Below, in pieces: positions 1-13,152 of a stretch of 64,000 bases of DNA. Made by a program: the position numbers and the translations under genes. The DNA is from Octopus sinensis (lineage: Eukaryota): NCBI RefSeq assembly GCF_006345805.1, contig NC_043024.1, positions 2,232,001 to 2,296,000 of the forward strand, given 5' to 3'. The notes under the pieces are model-generated. The model ran no database searches, was not told the DNA's origin, and saw only the letters and a list, made by a program, of their open reading frames with translations. The first letter of the stretch is position 1; every line of letters begins with the position of its first letter.

Positions 1-34
1 GTCAAATGGTTCTTCTGTGAATCATATGTCACAA
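1..34 (+). CDS. FBXL18: Putative 3' end of an upstream FBXL18-like exon (SNGSSVNHMSQ)
   Basis: Open frame 2-34 ends at CAA|GTATGT (phase 0) and joins the 12552 exon to give HMSQLSLQAC, an LRR-like LxxLxLxxC. It resembles the recalled vertebrate NGSSLLQHM segment. The exon is cut by the window edge. Confidence 0.45.
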
Positions 35-544
35 GTATGTGCTATGCATATTTATCTGTGTAGGTAGGGAATCCAGTATAAGTTCAGGGGAGTATATATC
101 TTTGATGCATAATATACATCATCATCATCATCGTTTAACGTCCGCTTTCCATGCTAGCATGGGTTGGACGGTTTAACTGGGGTCTGGGAAGCCCGAAGGC
201 TACACCAGGCTCCAGTCTGATCTGGCAGTGTTTCTACAGCTGGATGCCCTTCCTAACGCCAACCACTCCACAAGTGTAGTGGGTGCTTTTTATGTTCCAC
301 CGACACAGGTGCCAGACGAGGCTGGCGAACAGCCACGCTCGGATGGTGTTTTTTACGTGCCACCGGCATGGAGGCCAGGCGAGGCTGGTACGGCCACGCT
401 CGGATGGTGTTTGTTATGTGCCACCAGCACGAAGGCCAGTCGATGCGGTACTGGCTACGGCCACGTTCGGATGGTTATCTTATGCGCCACCGGCACTGGT
501 ATCACAAAACTACAAATTCCATTGATGTTCATCCAAAACCTTGT

Positions 545-1160
545 CCCAAGTATGAATTGTTGCTTGTACATGCATGGGGAGAAGGTTTCCTCCCTAATAT
601 TTAAAACATTTTCTATTTATGTTATATTCAATTTTTCGATGATAGAGAATTTGCATTTACTGTTCCGTCTCCTATATTTGTTTCCTTTACTATGATTCTC
701 CAGTTTGTATGGGGGTGGGGTTTGTTCATGTTCCTATCTTTAAGTGTTCATACAATTTCGATAAAGATGTGTTCCTTTTGTTTGGTCTTTGAATGAAGTT
801 AAATGTTATATATATCTCTCCTTAAAGGTGTTTCCTGTCATTCCAGTGTAAGTTTTTGTTACTGGCCTTGTACACTAGTTCTTTTTTCTAGGAACCTGTA
901 TGTAGTTCAGGGGACAGTTGATGGAGATCTACAATTACAGGATCCTTTGTGGGTATTCCTAATGTTGTTATTCTCATTGTAACTGAAAAAAATCATCGAT
1001 CCTCTGTTGGGGAGGCAACTATAGCTAACTTTAACTGTATTTCTATTGAAGATCTTGCAGTATTTATGTGAATGTGGGGAGTGAGTACCTCTGATCTTCA
1101 GAAATTTTCTAGCTATATTTGTAAGCACAGTCGTGTTGTATGGAGGATTATCCATACAGC
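545..1160 (-). mobile_element. Degenerate Penelope-like retroelement 3' ORF (linker plus GIY-YIG endonuclease)
   Basis: NPPYNTTVLTNIARKFL..KIFNRNTVKVSYSCLPN followed by KTYTGMTGNTFKERY, with stops and frameshifts. Confidence 0.8.
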
Positions 1161-1993
1161 AAAGATACACACAGACACACACACTCTGATGATGGGCTTC
1201 TTCAGTTTCCATCTCTCAGATTCATTCACAGTGGAGGCACATGGCCTAGTGGTTAGAGCAGAGGACTCGCGGTCGAGGGGTCATGGGTTCGAATCTCAGA
1301 CCGGGCGACGTGTGTGTTTATGAGCAAAACACCTAAGCTCCACGCGGCTCCGGCAGAAGGTAATGGCGAACTTCTGTTGACTCTTTCACCACAACTTTCT
1401 CTCACTCTTTCCTCCTCCTGCATCATGCAGCTCACCTGCGAGGGACCGGCGTTCCGTCCAGCTGGGGGAACCTATACGCCAAGGAAACCGGGAAACCGGC
1501 CCTTATGAACCAGGCATGGCTCAAGAAGGAATAAATTCATTCAGAGGGCATTGTCTTTCTCTGGGCTGTAGTTGAAGACAATTGCTCAAGATGCTGCTCA
1601 GTGGGGACTGAGCCATGCTTGAGCTTATAAATATAAAATATTTTATGAATTTGTTTGTCAGCCTTGTATAGTCCCCACCCCCCACTGCCATTGCACAATT
1701 CTTCTTTGTATTATTCTAGTTTTTAACCCCCACCCCCTATATTGCCAGCCCTCCCTCCCTTCCACTACATACTAACTGACTCATGTCACACACTGCTTCT
1801 CACACAAATTCTCTCCTCCCTCTCTCTCTCTCCTTCTCTTTCCCCCCCTCAATCACAGCCCCCCTCACCTCATTCTTCTTCACCTCTTCTACTTCCTGTT
1901 TTTTGTAATCTTTATAATGGATTGATGTCAGTGTAAAACTCTGTGTGTGTGTGTGTATATATATATACACACACCACACACACATATATATAT

Positions 1994-2028
<35 letters not shown>

Positions 2029-2634
2029 CACACACACGCAAATATATATACACACACACACACGTATATATACACACACACATGTGTGTGTGTATTTGCT
2101 GAACCACTGTGGTCAGCCCTCCAAGCCTTAAAGCAAGGGATCCCATTGTAATGGTCTGACTCTCCCATTAGAATTACAAACACCACAAACAGCAGGACTG
2201 CCAGAAGCTGTTGGTCAAAGATCAGCTTACACTGCCACATGAGAATATGCTGCCCATCCTCTTCAGCTCTGCACATGAAGGACTGGCCTCATCATCATCA
2301 TCATCATCATATATATATATAAATATATATATATATACTCTTTTACTTGTTTCAGTCATTTGACTGTGGCCATGCTGGAGCACCGCCTTTTAGTTGAGCA
2401 AATCGACCCCAGGACTTATTCTTTGTAAGCCCAGTACTTATTTTATCGATCTATTTTGCCGAACCGCTAAGTTACGGGGACGCAAACACACCAGCATCGG
2501 TTGTCAAGCGATGTTGGGGGGACAGACACAGACACACAAATATAATCACACACACACACATACATATATATATACATATATATCTGTATATATATACCAC
2601 ACACACATATATATACACACATATATATACACAC

Positions 2635-2710
<76 letters not shown>

Positions 2711-2909
2711 CATATATATAATATATACACATACATATATATATATATGACGGGCTTCTTTCAGTTTCCATCTACCAAATCCACTCACAAGGCTTTGGTC
2801 GGCCCGAGGCCATAGTAGAAGACACTCTCCACAGGTGCCACGCAGTGGAACTGAACCCGGAATCATGTGGTTCGTAAGCAAGCTACTTACCACACAGCCA
2901 CTCCTACGC

Positions 2910-2944
<35 letters not shown>

Positions 2945-3599
2945 ATATATATATATACATAATATATACAGACAGATATAAAATAGTGTTGTGTCTTCGT
3001 TAATTTATTTATTAAGCTAAGGTTATTTTCGGAATATTTTTGCCTGTGCATTCAATTAATATAAACATACGATACTGCTGCAGTTGTAAGAGAAATGTAT
3101 GGTAGGCAATAAGGCCCAAAATATTGCTGACGATGAACACTGCGTAAATAAATATTATAAATATTCCCCGTATTGCACACAGGTGCTGGTGTGGCTGTGT
3201 GGTAAGAAGCTGGCTGGTTCTGGGTTCAATCCCACTGCGTGGTACCTTGAGCAAGTGTCTCTTTGAGCTGACCAAAGCCTTGTGAGTGGATCTGGTAGAT
3301 GGAAATTGAAAGAAGCCTGTCGTGTATATATGTGTGTATGTGTCATTGTGTTTGTATTTGTCCCCCACAATTGCTTTATAACCAGTGTTGGTGTGTTTAC
3401 ATCCCCATGACGTAGCAGTTTGGCAAAAGAACCCAATAGAATAAGTTACCAAAAAACAAAATCCTGGGGTTGATTTGTTCTATCAGAACCCCTTTGAGGT
3501 GGTGCCCCAGCATGGCCACAGTCTGACTGAAACAAGATGTGTGTGTTTGTGTTGTGATAACAATCAGAATCTCAATCAAATGGAAATCAAAATGGAAAT

Positions 3600-4292
3600 T
3601 GTAGTTGTGGCCGAGGCCAGTGCCACCTGACTGGCTCCCCATACCGCTGGCACATAAAAAGCACCATCCAAGAGTGGTTGATGCCAAGCCAACCCCCTGT
3701 GCCAACTGGCTCCTGTGTTGGTGGCACATAAAAAGCACCATCCGAATGTGGCCAATGCCAGTGCCGCCTGACTGGCTCCTGTGCTGGTGGCATGCTATAA
3801 GCACCATTCATGCATGGGTCAATGCCAGAGCCACCTGACTGGCTCCCCGTGCCGTTGGCACCATCCAAATGTGATCAATGCCAAACCCCTGCCCTGACTG
3901 GCTCCTGTGCTGGTGGCACATAAAAAGCACCATCGGAACATGGCTGATGCCAGTACCACCTGACTGGCTCCCTGTGTCGTTGGCACATAAAAAGCACCAT
4001 CTGAATGTGGTCGATGCCAGCCCCCTGCTCTGACTTGCTCCTGTGCTGGGGGCACATAAAAAGCATCATACAAACGAGGCCGATGCCAGTGTCACCTGAC
4101 TGGTTCCCATACCGGTGACACGTAAAAGCACCCACTACACTCATGGAGTGGTTGGCGTTAGGAAGGGCATCCAGCTGTAGAAACATTGCCAGATCAGACT
4201 GGAGCCTAGTGCAGCCTCCTGGCTTCCCAGACCCTGGTCGAACCGTCCAACCCATGCTAGCATGGAAAAACGGACGTTAAACGATGATGATG
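3600..4292 (+). mobile_element. SINE-like family D with internal ~66-bp repeats and (GAT)n tail
   Basis: Core AGGAAGGGCATCCAGCTGTAGAA and 3' end CATGCTAGCATGGAAA..TTAAACGATGATGATG. Other copies: 118-530, 6620-6890, 12815-13015, 14370-14700, 31165-31560, 32816-33150, 33930-34250, 38010-38300, 43330-43625, 45255-45520, 50163-50575, 52000-52170, 61880-62135. Confidence 0.8.
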
Positions 4293-5072
4293 GCTGTCAT
4301 AAGTAGGGTGTTGCATTTCTAGTCTTCCAGATGTATCTGGTTATGGGAAATATTATCTTGCATAGCAACAGGTGGAGGTTGGCAACAGGAAGAGCACCCA
4401 GACGTAGGAAATGAGTGTCAGAAAATTCTGTTGACTCATGTGACCATGGAGAAGGAGACATTAAAGCGATGATGATGATGATGATGATATGCATCTCTGT
4501 ATGTTTGTGTGTGTCTATATGTGTATGTGTGTATGTACATGCGTGTGTTTGTGCTTGTATATGTGTTGCTTTGTCTGTGTGCATCCGTGTATGTGTGTGT
4601 GTATGTATATATGTATGTATGTATGTATAAGTATGTGTGAATCAGTGTGTGTGAGTACATATATATGCATTTCTATAAATGTGTGTGTATCTACATGTTG
4701 GTTGTGTGTGTCTGTATATATATATATACAGCAGGAGTGGGTGTGTGGTAAGTAGCTTGCTAACCAGCCACATGGTTCCGGGCTAACCAATGCCTTGTGA
4801 GTGGATTTGGTAGACAGAAACTGAAAGAAGCCCGTCGTATATATGTGTGTGTATATATATATATATATGTGTGTGTCTGTATTTGTACCCCTAGCATTGC
4901 TTGACAACCGATGCTGGTGTGTTTACGTCCCCGTCACCTAGCGGTTCGGCAAAAGAGACCGATAGAATAAGTACTGGGCTTACAAAGAATAAGTCCCAGG
5001 GTTGATTTGCTCGACTAAAGGCGGTGCTCCAGCATGGCCGCAGTCAAATGACTGAAACGAGTAACAGAGTAA

Positions 5073-5105
<33 letters not shown>

Positions 5106-5241
5106 AACATACACACACACACACATATATACATTCATTGGGTGTGTATATATGTGTGCATAGATATGCATTTAAATGTGTATATGTGTGTGCTTGTATA
5201 TGTGCATGTATGTGTTCGTGTGTAGCTGTCTCTCTCTTCCC

Positions 5242-5334
<93 letters not shown>

Positions 5335-5819
5335 GTATGTATATCTGTGTTTGCAAATATGTGTTCACCTGTGTGTGTGTGTGTATGTATGTACATATAC
5401 GGAATGTGTTGTGTGTATTGACTGTGTTTTCATGTATGTGAGTGTGTATATGTATATATGTATATACGTATATTGAATGTGTGTGTGTGCAAGTGTATAT
5501 ATTTCCATATATATATATACATTTTTGAGTAAGAATTGATTTCCTTCTTCCGTACTCTTCCTCCCCTGTGACTTTAATTTTCCAAACTATTTGTGACATT
5601 CCAAGAGAAATGCCTCTATTAATAAACCAGTTAAAACTGGTGTTGATGACTACAAAACCAGTTTGAACCGGTGTGGTTTTACATTACAAAACCAGTGTAA
5701 ACTGGTATTTGTTGACTGTGAAACTGGCTTAAAAAACACTTCCAATCTTTAAATTCTTTCGTCACCAATTTTCTCCACAACTAATGAATATTTACAATTA
5801 ATTCTTTTTAGATGTGCAT

Positions 5820-6290
5820 TCACTCACTACTACCACCACTACTACTACTACTACTACCATCATTACTACTACCACTACTACTAACTACTACTACTACTAC
5901 TACTACGACTACTACTACCATTACTACTACTACGACTACTACTACTACTACCACTACTACTACTACCACCACTACCACTACCACCACTCTACCACTACCA
6001 CTACTACTACCACAACCACTACTACTACCACTACTACTACCACCACCACTACCACTTCTACTACCACCACTACTACTGCTACTGCCACCACCACTACTAC
6101 TACTACCCCCCCACCACCACTTAATCTTCCTAGCCTCCTCTTTCTTTTCCCTTTCTTTCTTCCTTGCTGTCTTCTTTCTTTTTGTCTTTTCCTTTTTCTT
6201 TTTCCTTCTTTTTCCTCTTTCTCTTTCTCCTCCTCCTCCCCCTTCCTCTCTTTCTCTGTTCCTCCGTCTACCCCCGCCCCCCACCCCTCT
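5820..6290. repeat. (CTA/CCA)n triplet tract plus polypyrimidine tract
   Basis: Direct inspection; similar tracts at 10600-11330 (CAT/CAC), 15650-16090 (GGT), 16620-16800 and 26080-26450 (CT). Confidence 0.95.
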
Positions 6291-6887
6291 TCCTTATTCA
6301 GTGATCCCTCCCATTGTCCCTGGCACCTACAGACCTGCTTCTTTTCTTGTCATGGACCTCTGTCTCTCTCTCATTAGGTTTCTCTGAACAACAACTCTTT
6401 TACCTTTTTACTTGTTTCAGTCATTTGACTGCGGCCATGCTGGAGCACCGCCTTTTAGTCGAGCGAATCGACCCCCAGGACTTGTTCTTTGTAAGCCTAG
6501 TACTTATCCTATCGGTCTCTTTTGCCGAACCGCTAAGTAACGGGGGACATAAACACACCAGCATCGGTTGTGAAGCGATGTTGGTGGGGACAAACACAGA
6601 CACACAAACATATACACATCATCATCGTTTAATGTCCGTTTTCCGCGCTAGCACGGGTTGGATGGTTCGACCGGGGTCTGGGGAGCCAGGAGGCTGCACC
6701 AGGCTGCAGTCTGATCTGGCAGTGTTTCTACAGCTGGATGCCCTTCCTAACGCCAACCACTCCGCGAGTGCAGTGGGTGCTTTTTACGTGCCACCTGCAC
6801 AGGTGCCAGGGGAGTCTGGCAGCGGCCACGATCGGTGCTTTTAACGTGCCATCGGCATGGAAACCAGCCAAGGCGGGGCTGGCATAT

Positions 6888-6920
<33 letters not shown>

Positions 6921-7529
6921 CGACGGGCTTCTTTCAGTTTCCGTCTACCAAATCCACTCACAGGGCTTTGGTCAGCCCAAGGCTATAGCAGAAGACACTT
7001 GCCCAAGGTTCCACGCAGTGGGACTGAACCCGGAACCATGTGGTCGATAAGCAAGCTACTTACCACACAGCCACTCCTGTGCCTATAATCTTTATTAACT
7101 ACAATATATCTCAGAGCAAGTGCCTTCATAAACAATATGGTGCTTACCAAACTCCCTTTTAATTATGGTCCCTTTTTCTTTTACAAATACATTTTCAGTT
7201 CCCACTTTCATTGCTATGATTGAAAACCCCACTCCCGTCCTTGGTTCAGTCCCACTGCATGGCACCTGGGACGTGTGTGTTTTCTGGGGCCACTGGTCAA
7301 TCAGTTCCTTGTGAGTCAATTTGTTAGGTGGAAACTGTGTGGAAGCCTGTAATAGTCTTCTATTCTTTTTTTTACTTGCTTCAGTCATTTGACTGCGGCC
7401 ATGTTGGAGCACCGCCTTAAAGGGTTCTTTTAAGTCGAACAAACCAACCGTGGGACTGAACCCAGAAGCATGTGGTTCGTAAGAAAGCTACTTACCACAC
7501 AGCCACTCCTATGCTTACTGGTATATTGT

Positions 7530-8640
7530 CCAGCTTTACGTTCTGAGTTCAAATTCTGCCATGGTCGACCTTGCTGTTCGTCCTTTCGGGGGTTGGTAAA
7601 TTAAGTACCAGTTACACACTGGGGTCGGTGTAATCAACTATTCCCCCTCCCCTCATATTTGAGGCCTTGTGCTTTTAGTTGAAACGATTATTGCAATTAA
7701 GGCAGCGACCTGGCAGAATCGTTAGCACGCCCGGCAAAATGCTCAGCAGCGTTTCATCCAGTTTTTCCATTCTGAATTCAAATTCCGCCGAGGTCAACTT
7801 TGCCTTTCATCCTTTCGGGGTCAATAAATTAAGTACCAGTTACACACTGGGGTTGATGTAATCGTCTAGTCCCCTTCTCCACCAAATTTCAGGCCTTATG
7901 CCTATAGTAGAAAGGATTGTTGTTGTTGCTGTTGTTATTCTTCTTCTTCTTATTATTATTATTATTGTTTTTATTATTATTATTATTATTATTGTTATTA
8001 TTATTATTATTATTAAGACACTGAGATAATATTTAATGGCATTTTTTTCCGGATTTTTGTTCTGAGTTCAAATTCCACCAAGATCAACTTCACCTTTCAT
8101 CCTTTTTGAGGTTGATAAAATAATTACAAGACGAGAATTGGGGTCGGTGTAATCAACAGTCCCCTACTCCCGTTCCCCAAAATGTCTGCCCTTGTGCCTA
8201 TCGCAGAAAGAACTGTTATTATTATTATGGCAGTGAGTTGGCAGAATCAGTAGCAAGGTCAGATGAAGTGCTTCACAGCATTTCTTCTAATTGTATGTTC
8301 TGAGTTCAAATACAGCCAGGGTTGACTTTGCCTTTCGTCCTTTCAGGGTTGGTAAAATCAGTTCCAGTCGAGCACTTGCTTCGATGTAATCGACTTGCCC
8401 CACCTTCTCATGAAATTACTGGCCTTGTGCCAGAATTTGAAACCAATTTTGAGGTGGTGAGCTGGCGGAATGCTTAGTGGCATTTTGTCTGCCTTTACAT
8501 TCTGAGTTCAAATTCCGCTGAGGTCAGTTTTGCTTTTCATCCAATCGAGATCAGTAAAATAAGTACCAATTGAGCACTGGTAATCAACTTACCCACTCTC
8601 ATGAAACGGCCAGCCTTGGGCCAAAATTTGAAACTGTCAT
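7530..8640 (+). mobile_element. Head-to-tail cluster of SINE family A' (same head/core, different tail ending in (ATT)n)
   Basis: Several decayed copies of ..GAGTTCAAATTCC..GGGGTCGATGTAATC..GGCCTTGTGCCTATAGTAGAAAGGATTATT; similar copies at 9230-9440, 28170-28990 and 30270-30500. Confidence 0.75.
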
Positions 8641-8669
8641 TATTATTATGTTTATTATTGAGTGACACT

Positions 8670-9170
8670 GGGGTAAAATATACGAAACCCATTATACCCA
8701 CCATGACTTCCCGCCTGATAAAGGTACACTGGGTTACATACATCACAACCATATGCACGCGACATGGTGATCTCCTATCAAGATAAACAGCACATGACCT
8801 TGCAGGTGGGGCCCAGTTAGAATTTTCTTCAGGTCGGGTAACCCATCCCGCTCAAAAGGTCCCCAAATAAGGGTTGTTTAAGAATGTTGAACAAAACACC
8901 TAGGTTTCCAAAAGTGAATTATCCAAATCTCCAAGAATCTCTCTCAACACATGGCTATGATGCACCCCCACTACTTCTGCTCGTGATCAGAGATGAACAT
9001 ATCTTCAGCCACTAAGGGACATGCTCAACTGGTTACGGTCAAACAACTGACAAGCAAATCTGTGGTATTGAGTAGAATATTTGCTGTAACCCATCTTTTA
9101 TACCAAGACAAAACAATGTACATGATAACACTCACAATCAATACCACTGCCTGATATTGCATCAGGGCAC

Positions 9171-9175
<5 letters not shown>
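8670..9175 (+). mobile_element. ~500-bp dispersed retroposon-like repeat ending in (TTA)n
   Basis: Near-identical copies at 29040-29482, 34330-34540 and, interrupted and on the minus strand, 59860-60360. Confidence 0.7.
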
Positions 9176-9217
<42 letters not shown>

Positions 9218-11929
9218 AAGGCAGGGAACTGGCAGAACCATGAGCATGCCAGACAAAATGCTTTGCGGCATTTCGCCCGTCTTTACGTTCTGAGTTCAAA
9301 TTCCACCGAGGTCGACTTTGCCTTTCATCCTTTCAGGGTTGATAAATTAAGTACCAGTGAAACACTGGGGTCGAGGTAATCGACTAGTCCCCTCCCCTCA
9401 AATTTTAGGTCTTGTGCCTATAGTAGAAAGGATTATTATTATGACGATGATGATGAAGGAGGCAAGCTATTAGAATCATTAGCATGCTGGGTGATTAGCG
9501 GTATTTTGTTTGCCGCTACGTATTTCTTTACTACTAAACTTAGGGGCTAAACACAGAGAAGACAAACAAGGACAGACAAAGGGATTAAGTCGATTACATC
9601 GACCCCAGTACGTAACTGGTACTTAATTTACCGACCCCGAAAGGATGGAAGGCAAAGTCGACCTTAGTGGAATTTGAACTCAGAACTTAACGGCAGACGA
9701 AATACGGTTACGCATTTCGCCCGGCTTGTTAACGTTTCTGCCAGCTCACCGCCTTGTAGAATATATACAATCACATCTTCCAAATCTTGAAGCGATAAAA
9801 TAATGAATGATTAATTCAAAATGTGGAGGTGCCATGGTCCAGTGGTTAAGACAGTGGACTCGCTGTTGTAGGATTGCGGTTTCGATTCCTAGACCGGGCG
9901 ATGTGAGTCTTTATTGAGCAAAAACACCTAGAGCTCCATGAGGCTCCAGCAGGGGATGGTAAGTGCCTAATAAGTACCAGTTACGCTCTAGGGTCGATGT
10001 AATCGACTTAATCCCTTCCCCCAAATTGAGGGGCCTTGTGCCACCTGTAGAAAGAATTATGATGATGATGATGATGATGATGAATGGGGTTGTGGATTAG
10101 AAGAATTGTTGTTTTGCAGAATTTGTTCTTACTCTTTACATTCCTAGTTCAAATCTCACTGAAGTCGCAAGTTAAGATAAAATACCAGTAAGATACTGGG
10201 GGCCAGTATAAAAACACTGTTGTGTCACTACTTGTGCCACAAGACCTGATTTCTCATCATCCGTAATTGATTATGAGCTAACGAGAGAGCTCGTGTGTAG
10301 TCGGTTTGTCTGCTAGAAACAGCAGTCGGATCTCCCTCGAATCACTCTGCACTGTGAAGGGACACACTGGATGTGTACCTCTAGATAAACTATGCCTTCC
10401 TCTCTCTCCCTGCACGGAAGGAAATAAACATTGGAAAAGTACTGGATGGTCACAACTGGAGTGCCTTTGATCATGTATTTGCTTCAGCGGGGTGGGGGGT
10501 GGGGTGACCCGTGACTATGAAATAACTACTTCTTCGTTATCATCGTGATAGTTAACGATAATTATTGGCATTGTCAGCGTCTCTATTGACATCATTCATC
10601 ATTACCACTTCCGTCATCACTACTACCACCATCACCACCACCACTATCACTGCCATCATCACCATCACCATCATTACCACTACTGTCATCACCATCATCA
10701 TCGTCGTCGTCATCATTGCGCACACACCCACCACCACTCCTAATCATCATCACCATCACTACTATCATTGTTGTCACTAGCATCATCATCATCATTTTTG
10801 TTGTCATCATTCAACATCTTTGGTGTCATCATCCTCATCTTTGTCATCATCATTATCGTACATACACCCACCATCACTACCATCATCATCATCATCACCA
10901 CAACTGTCATCACCATTGTGATCATCATCATCGTCATCATCATCATCACTACATCATCATTGTTGTCGCTAGCATCATCATCTTTGCTGTCATCATCATC
11001 TTTGTCATCATCGTTATCACACATACACCCACCATCACCACCATCATCATCATCCCACCACCACCACCATCACCACCACCATCATCATCATCCCACCACC
11101 ATCACCACCACCACCATCACCACCACTACCATCACCACCATCATCATCATTGCTGTCATCATGACCATCATCACCACCACCACCATCATCATCATACCAC
11201 CACCATCACCACCACCATCATCATCATCCCATCACCATCATCACCACCACCATCACCACCACCACTACCACCACCACCATCATCTCACCACCACCACCAC
11301 CACCACCATCATCCCACCACCACCATCATATGATATTTTCCAGCAGAATATGGCAAAAAAAAGGGGCCTTATTGCAAGTGATAGATGTCAGCTGTCCCTA
11401 AACGACCAACAATTGATTTTTATCTCCAAAACATTATTATTTAAATGTAATCCTGCTTATTATCTTACAGACAAATGTAACACTCTGCGTGCGTGCGTGC
11501 ATATATGCGTGTGCATGCGTGCATCTGTGTGTGCGTGTGTCCCTCGCACCCCCCCTTCCCCTGCCATCTCTGTTTTCTAATCTCTAAGTGTCTTTGTATT
11601 CCTCCGAGATCTCCGTAGCTTGGTGCAGTTACGGAAAAAATCAATAGAATTATGTTCAGACTGCTATGACTCACGCATGCACACATACACACGGGCACAC
11701 TGACACACACACACATACACGGACACACTGACACACGCGGGCGTGCACACACACACTGATATGTACGAAAACTCGTAAGTGACATGTGCAGAATCACACA
11801 TTTGTCTAGCACACACATACGTCAATACACACGTACACACTTCTTAAATGTACAGTCACATGCATACGTGCATATATATATATTGATACATATACACACA
11901 TACACATCTGTACATGTATGTATACACAC

Positions 11930-12300
11930 ACACACACACTCTCACAAACACACACACACTCACATACACATACACACACACTCACATACACACACTCACA
12001 TACACACACTCACATACACACACACTCACATACACACACACTCACATACACACACACTCACATACACACACACTCACATGCACACACACTCACACACACA
12101 CACACTCACATACATACACACACACTCACATACGTACACACACACACATACATACACACACACTCACATACACACACACACACTCACATACACACACACT
12201 CACATACACACACACATTCACATACACACACATGTCTATATATTATATATATAACAGAAAGAGATTGAGATGCATGCACACACACACACACACACACACA
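11930..12300. repeat. (CACACACACTCACATA)n compound microsatellite
   Basis: Direct inspection; other compound TA/CA tracts at 1940-2095, 2540-2750, 18425-18545, 36600-36845, 56300-56830 and 57505-57770, and (CTAT)n at 63820-64000. Confidence 0.95.
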
Positions 12301-12551
12301 CTAATATGCAATGGGCTTCTTTCAGTTTCCATTTACTAAATCCACTCGCAAGGCTTCAGTGGTCCTGGGGCTGCAGAAGATATTTATTTACCAAAGGTGC
12401 CAAGCCATGGGATTGAAGACAAAACTGTAAGGTCACTGACCCATTCACACACACACATGCATGCATACATACACACACACACACACACACATACAGTATG
12501 TGCATACATGTAGCTGCACACACATGCACATTACTGACATAATCTCTACAG

Positions 12552-12727
12552 CTGTCATTGCAAGCATGTGCTGTGCTTTTTGCCGATTGCTTTTGCTGCC
12601 TCGGAGTCTTAAGCAGATGTAAACACCATCTTAGCTCTTTCACCTTTGACCCAGTGAAACATCCGAGTATGTGGCAACTGGAGGGAGGGAGGGAGATAGG
12701 GACGGAACTGCATGATATGAACTTTAG
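12552..12727 (+). CDS. FBXL18: FBXL18-like exon (LSLQACAVLF...ELHDMNF)
   Basis: Acceptor ctgacataatctctacag|, donor TTTAG|gtcagt, unique non-repeat sequence, open frame (track ORF 12558-12758); phase 0 in, phase 2 out. Confidence 0.6.
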
Positions 12728-13112
12728 GTCAGTCAAAATATTTTGTGACATATTCTAACTTCTTCTAAAGGCAAATTCACTACGGTTACCATGGAGAAAG
12801 AAATTCTTGTTTATGGCACATAAAAAGCACCCACTACGCTCATGGAGTGGTTGGCGTTAGGAAGGGCATCCAGCTGTAGAAACACTGCCAGATCAGACTA
12901 GAGCCTGGTGCAGCCTCCTGGCTTCCCAGACCCCAGTCGAACTGTCCAACCCATGCTAGCATGGAAAATGAATGTTAAACGATGATGAGGAGGAGGAGGA
13001 TGATGATGATGATGATCGTTAAAGGTGTAAATAAAAAAAAAAGCCTTTTTTTGCTCAGTGTCTTCCCCTAGCGGACTCCTGGATGTTTTTCTGACTCCTT
13101 AACCTTCTTCAG

Positions 13113-13137
13113 TAGAAGATACCAAAGAGAGACAACT
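13113..13137 (+). CDS. FBXL18: Inferred 25-nt FBXL18-like micro-exon ((S)RRYQRETT)
   Basis: ctgactccttaaccttcttcag|TAGAAGATACCAAAGAGAGACAACT|gtgagc. Phase 2 in and phase 0 out bridge the 12727 donor to the 19397 acceptor without a stop. Confidence 0.45.
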
Positions 13138-13152
13138 GTGAGCAGATTTTAA

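Noticed and set aside
228-695. Recurrent MFLQLDALPNANHS.., RRASFSFRLPNP.. and similar ORFs throughout the window
   Set aside because: Incidental translations of SINE families C and D.
2095-2285. Unique-looking stretch within ORF 1800-2276
   Set aside because: No recognisable motif or splice sites in any frame.
5626-5706. CRISPR-like reading of the palindrome array and of the SINE tandem arrays
   Set aside because: Eukaryotic context, no cas genes, repeats and spacers of the wrong size or identical units.
5812-6387. Long poly-Thr/Tyr/Leu ORFs in several frames
   Set aside because: Products of (CTA/CCA)n and CT tracts; open in multiple frames with no splice or domain support.
10552-12339. 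His/Ile/Thr-rich ORFs up to 270 aa
   Set aside because: Pure CAT/CAC and CA microsatellite translations, unlike the 39604 ORF, which has a complex non-repeat region and splice context.
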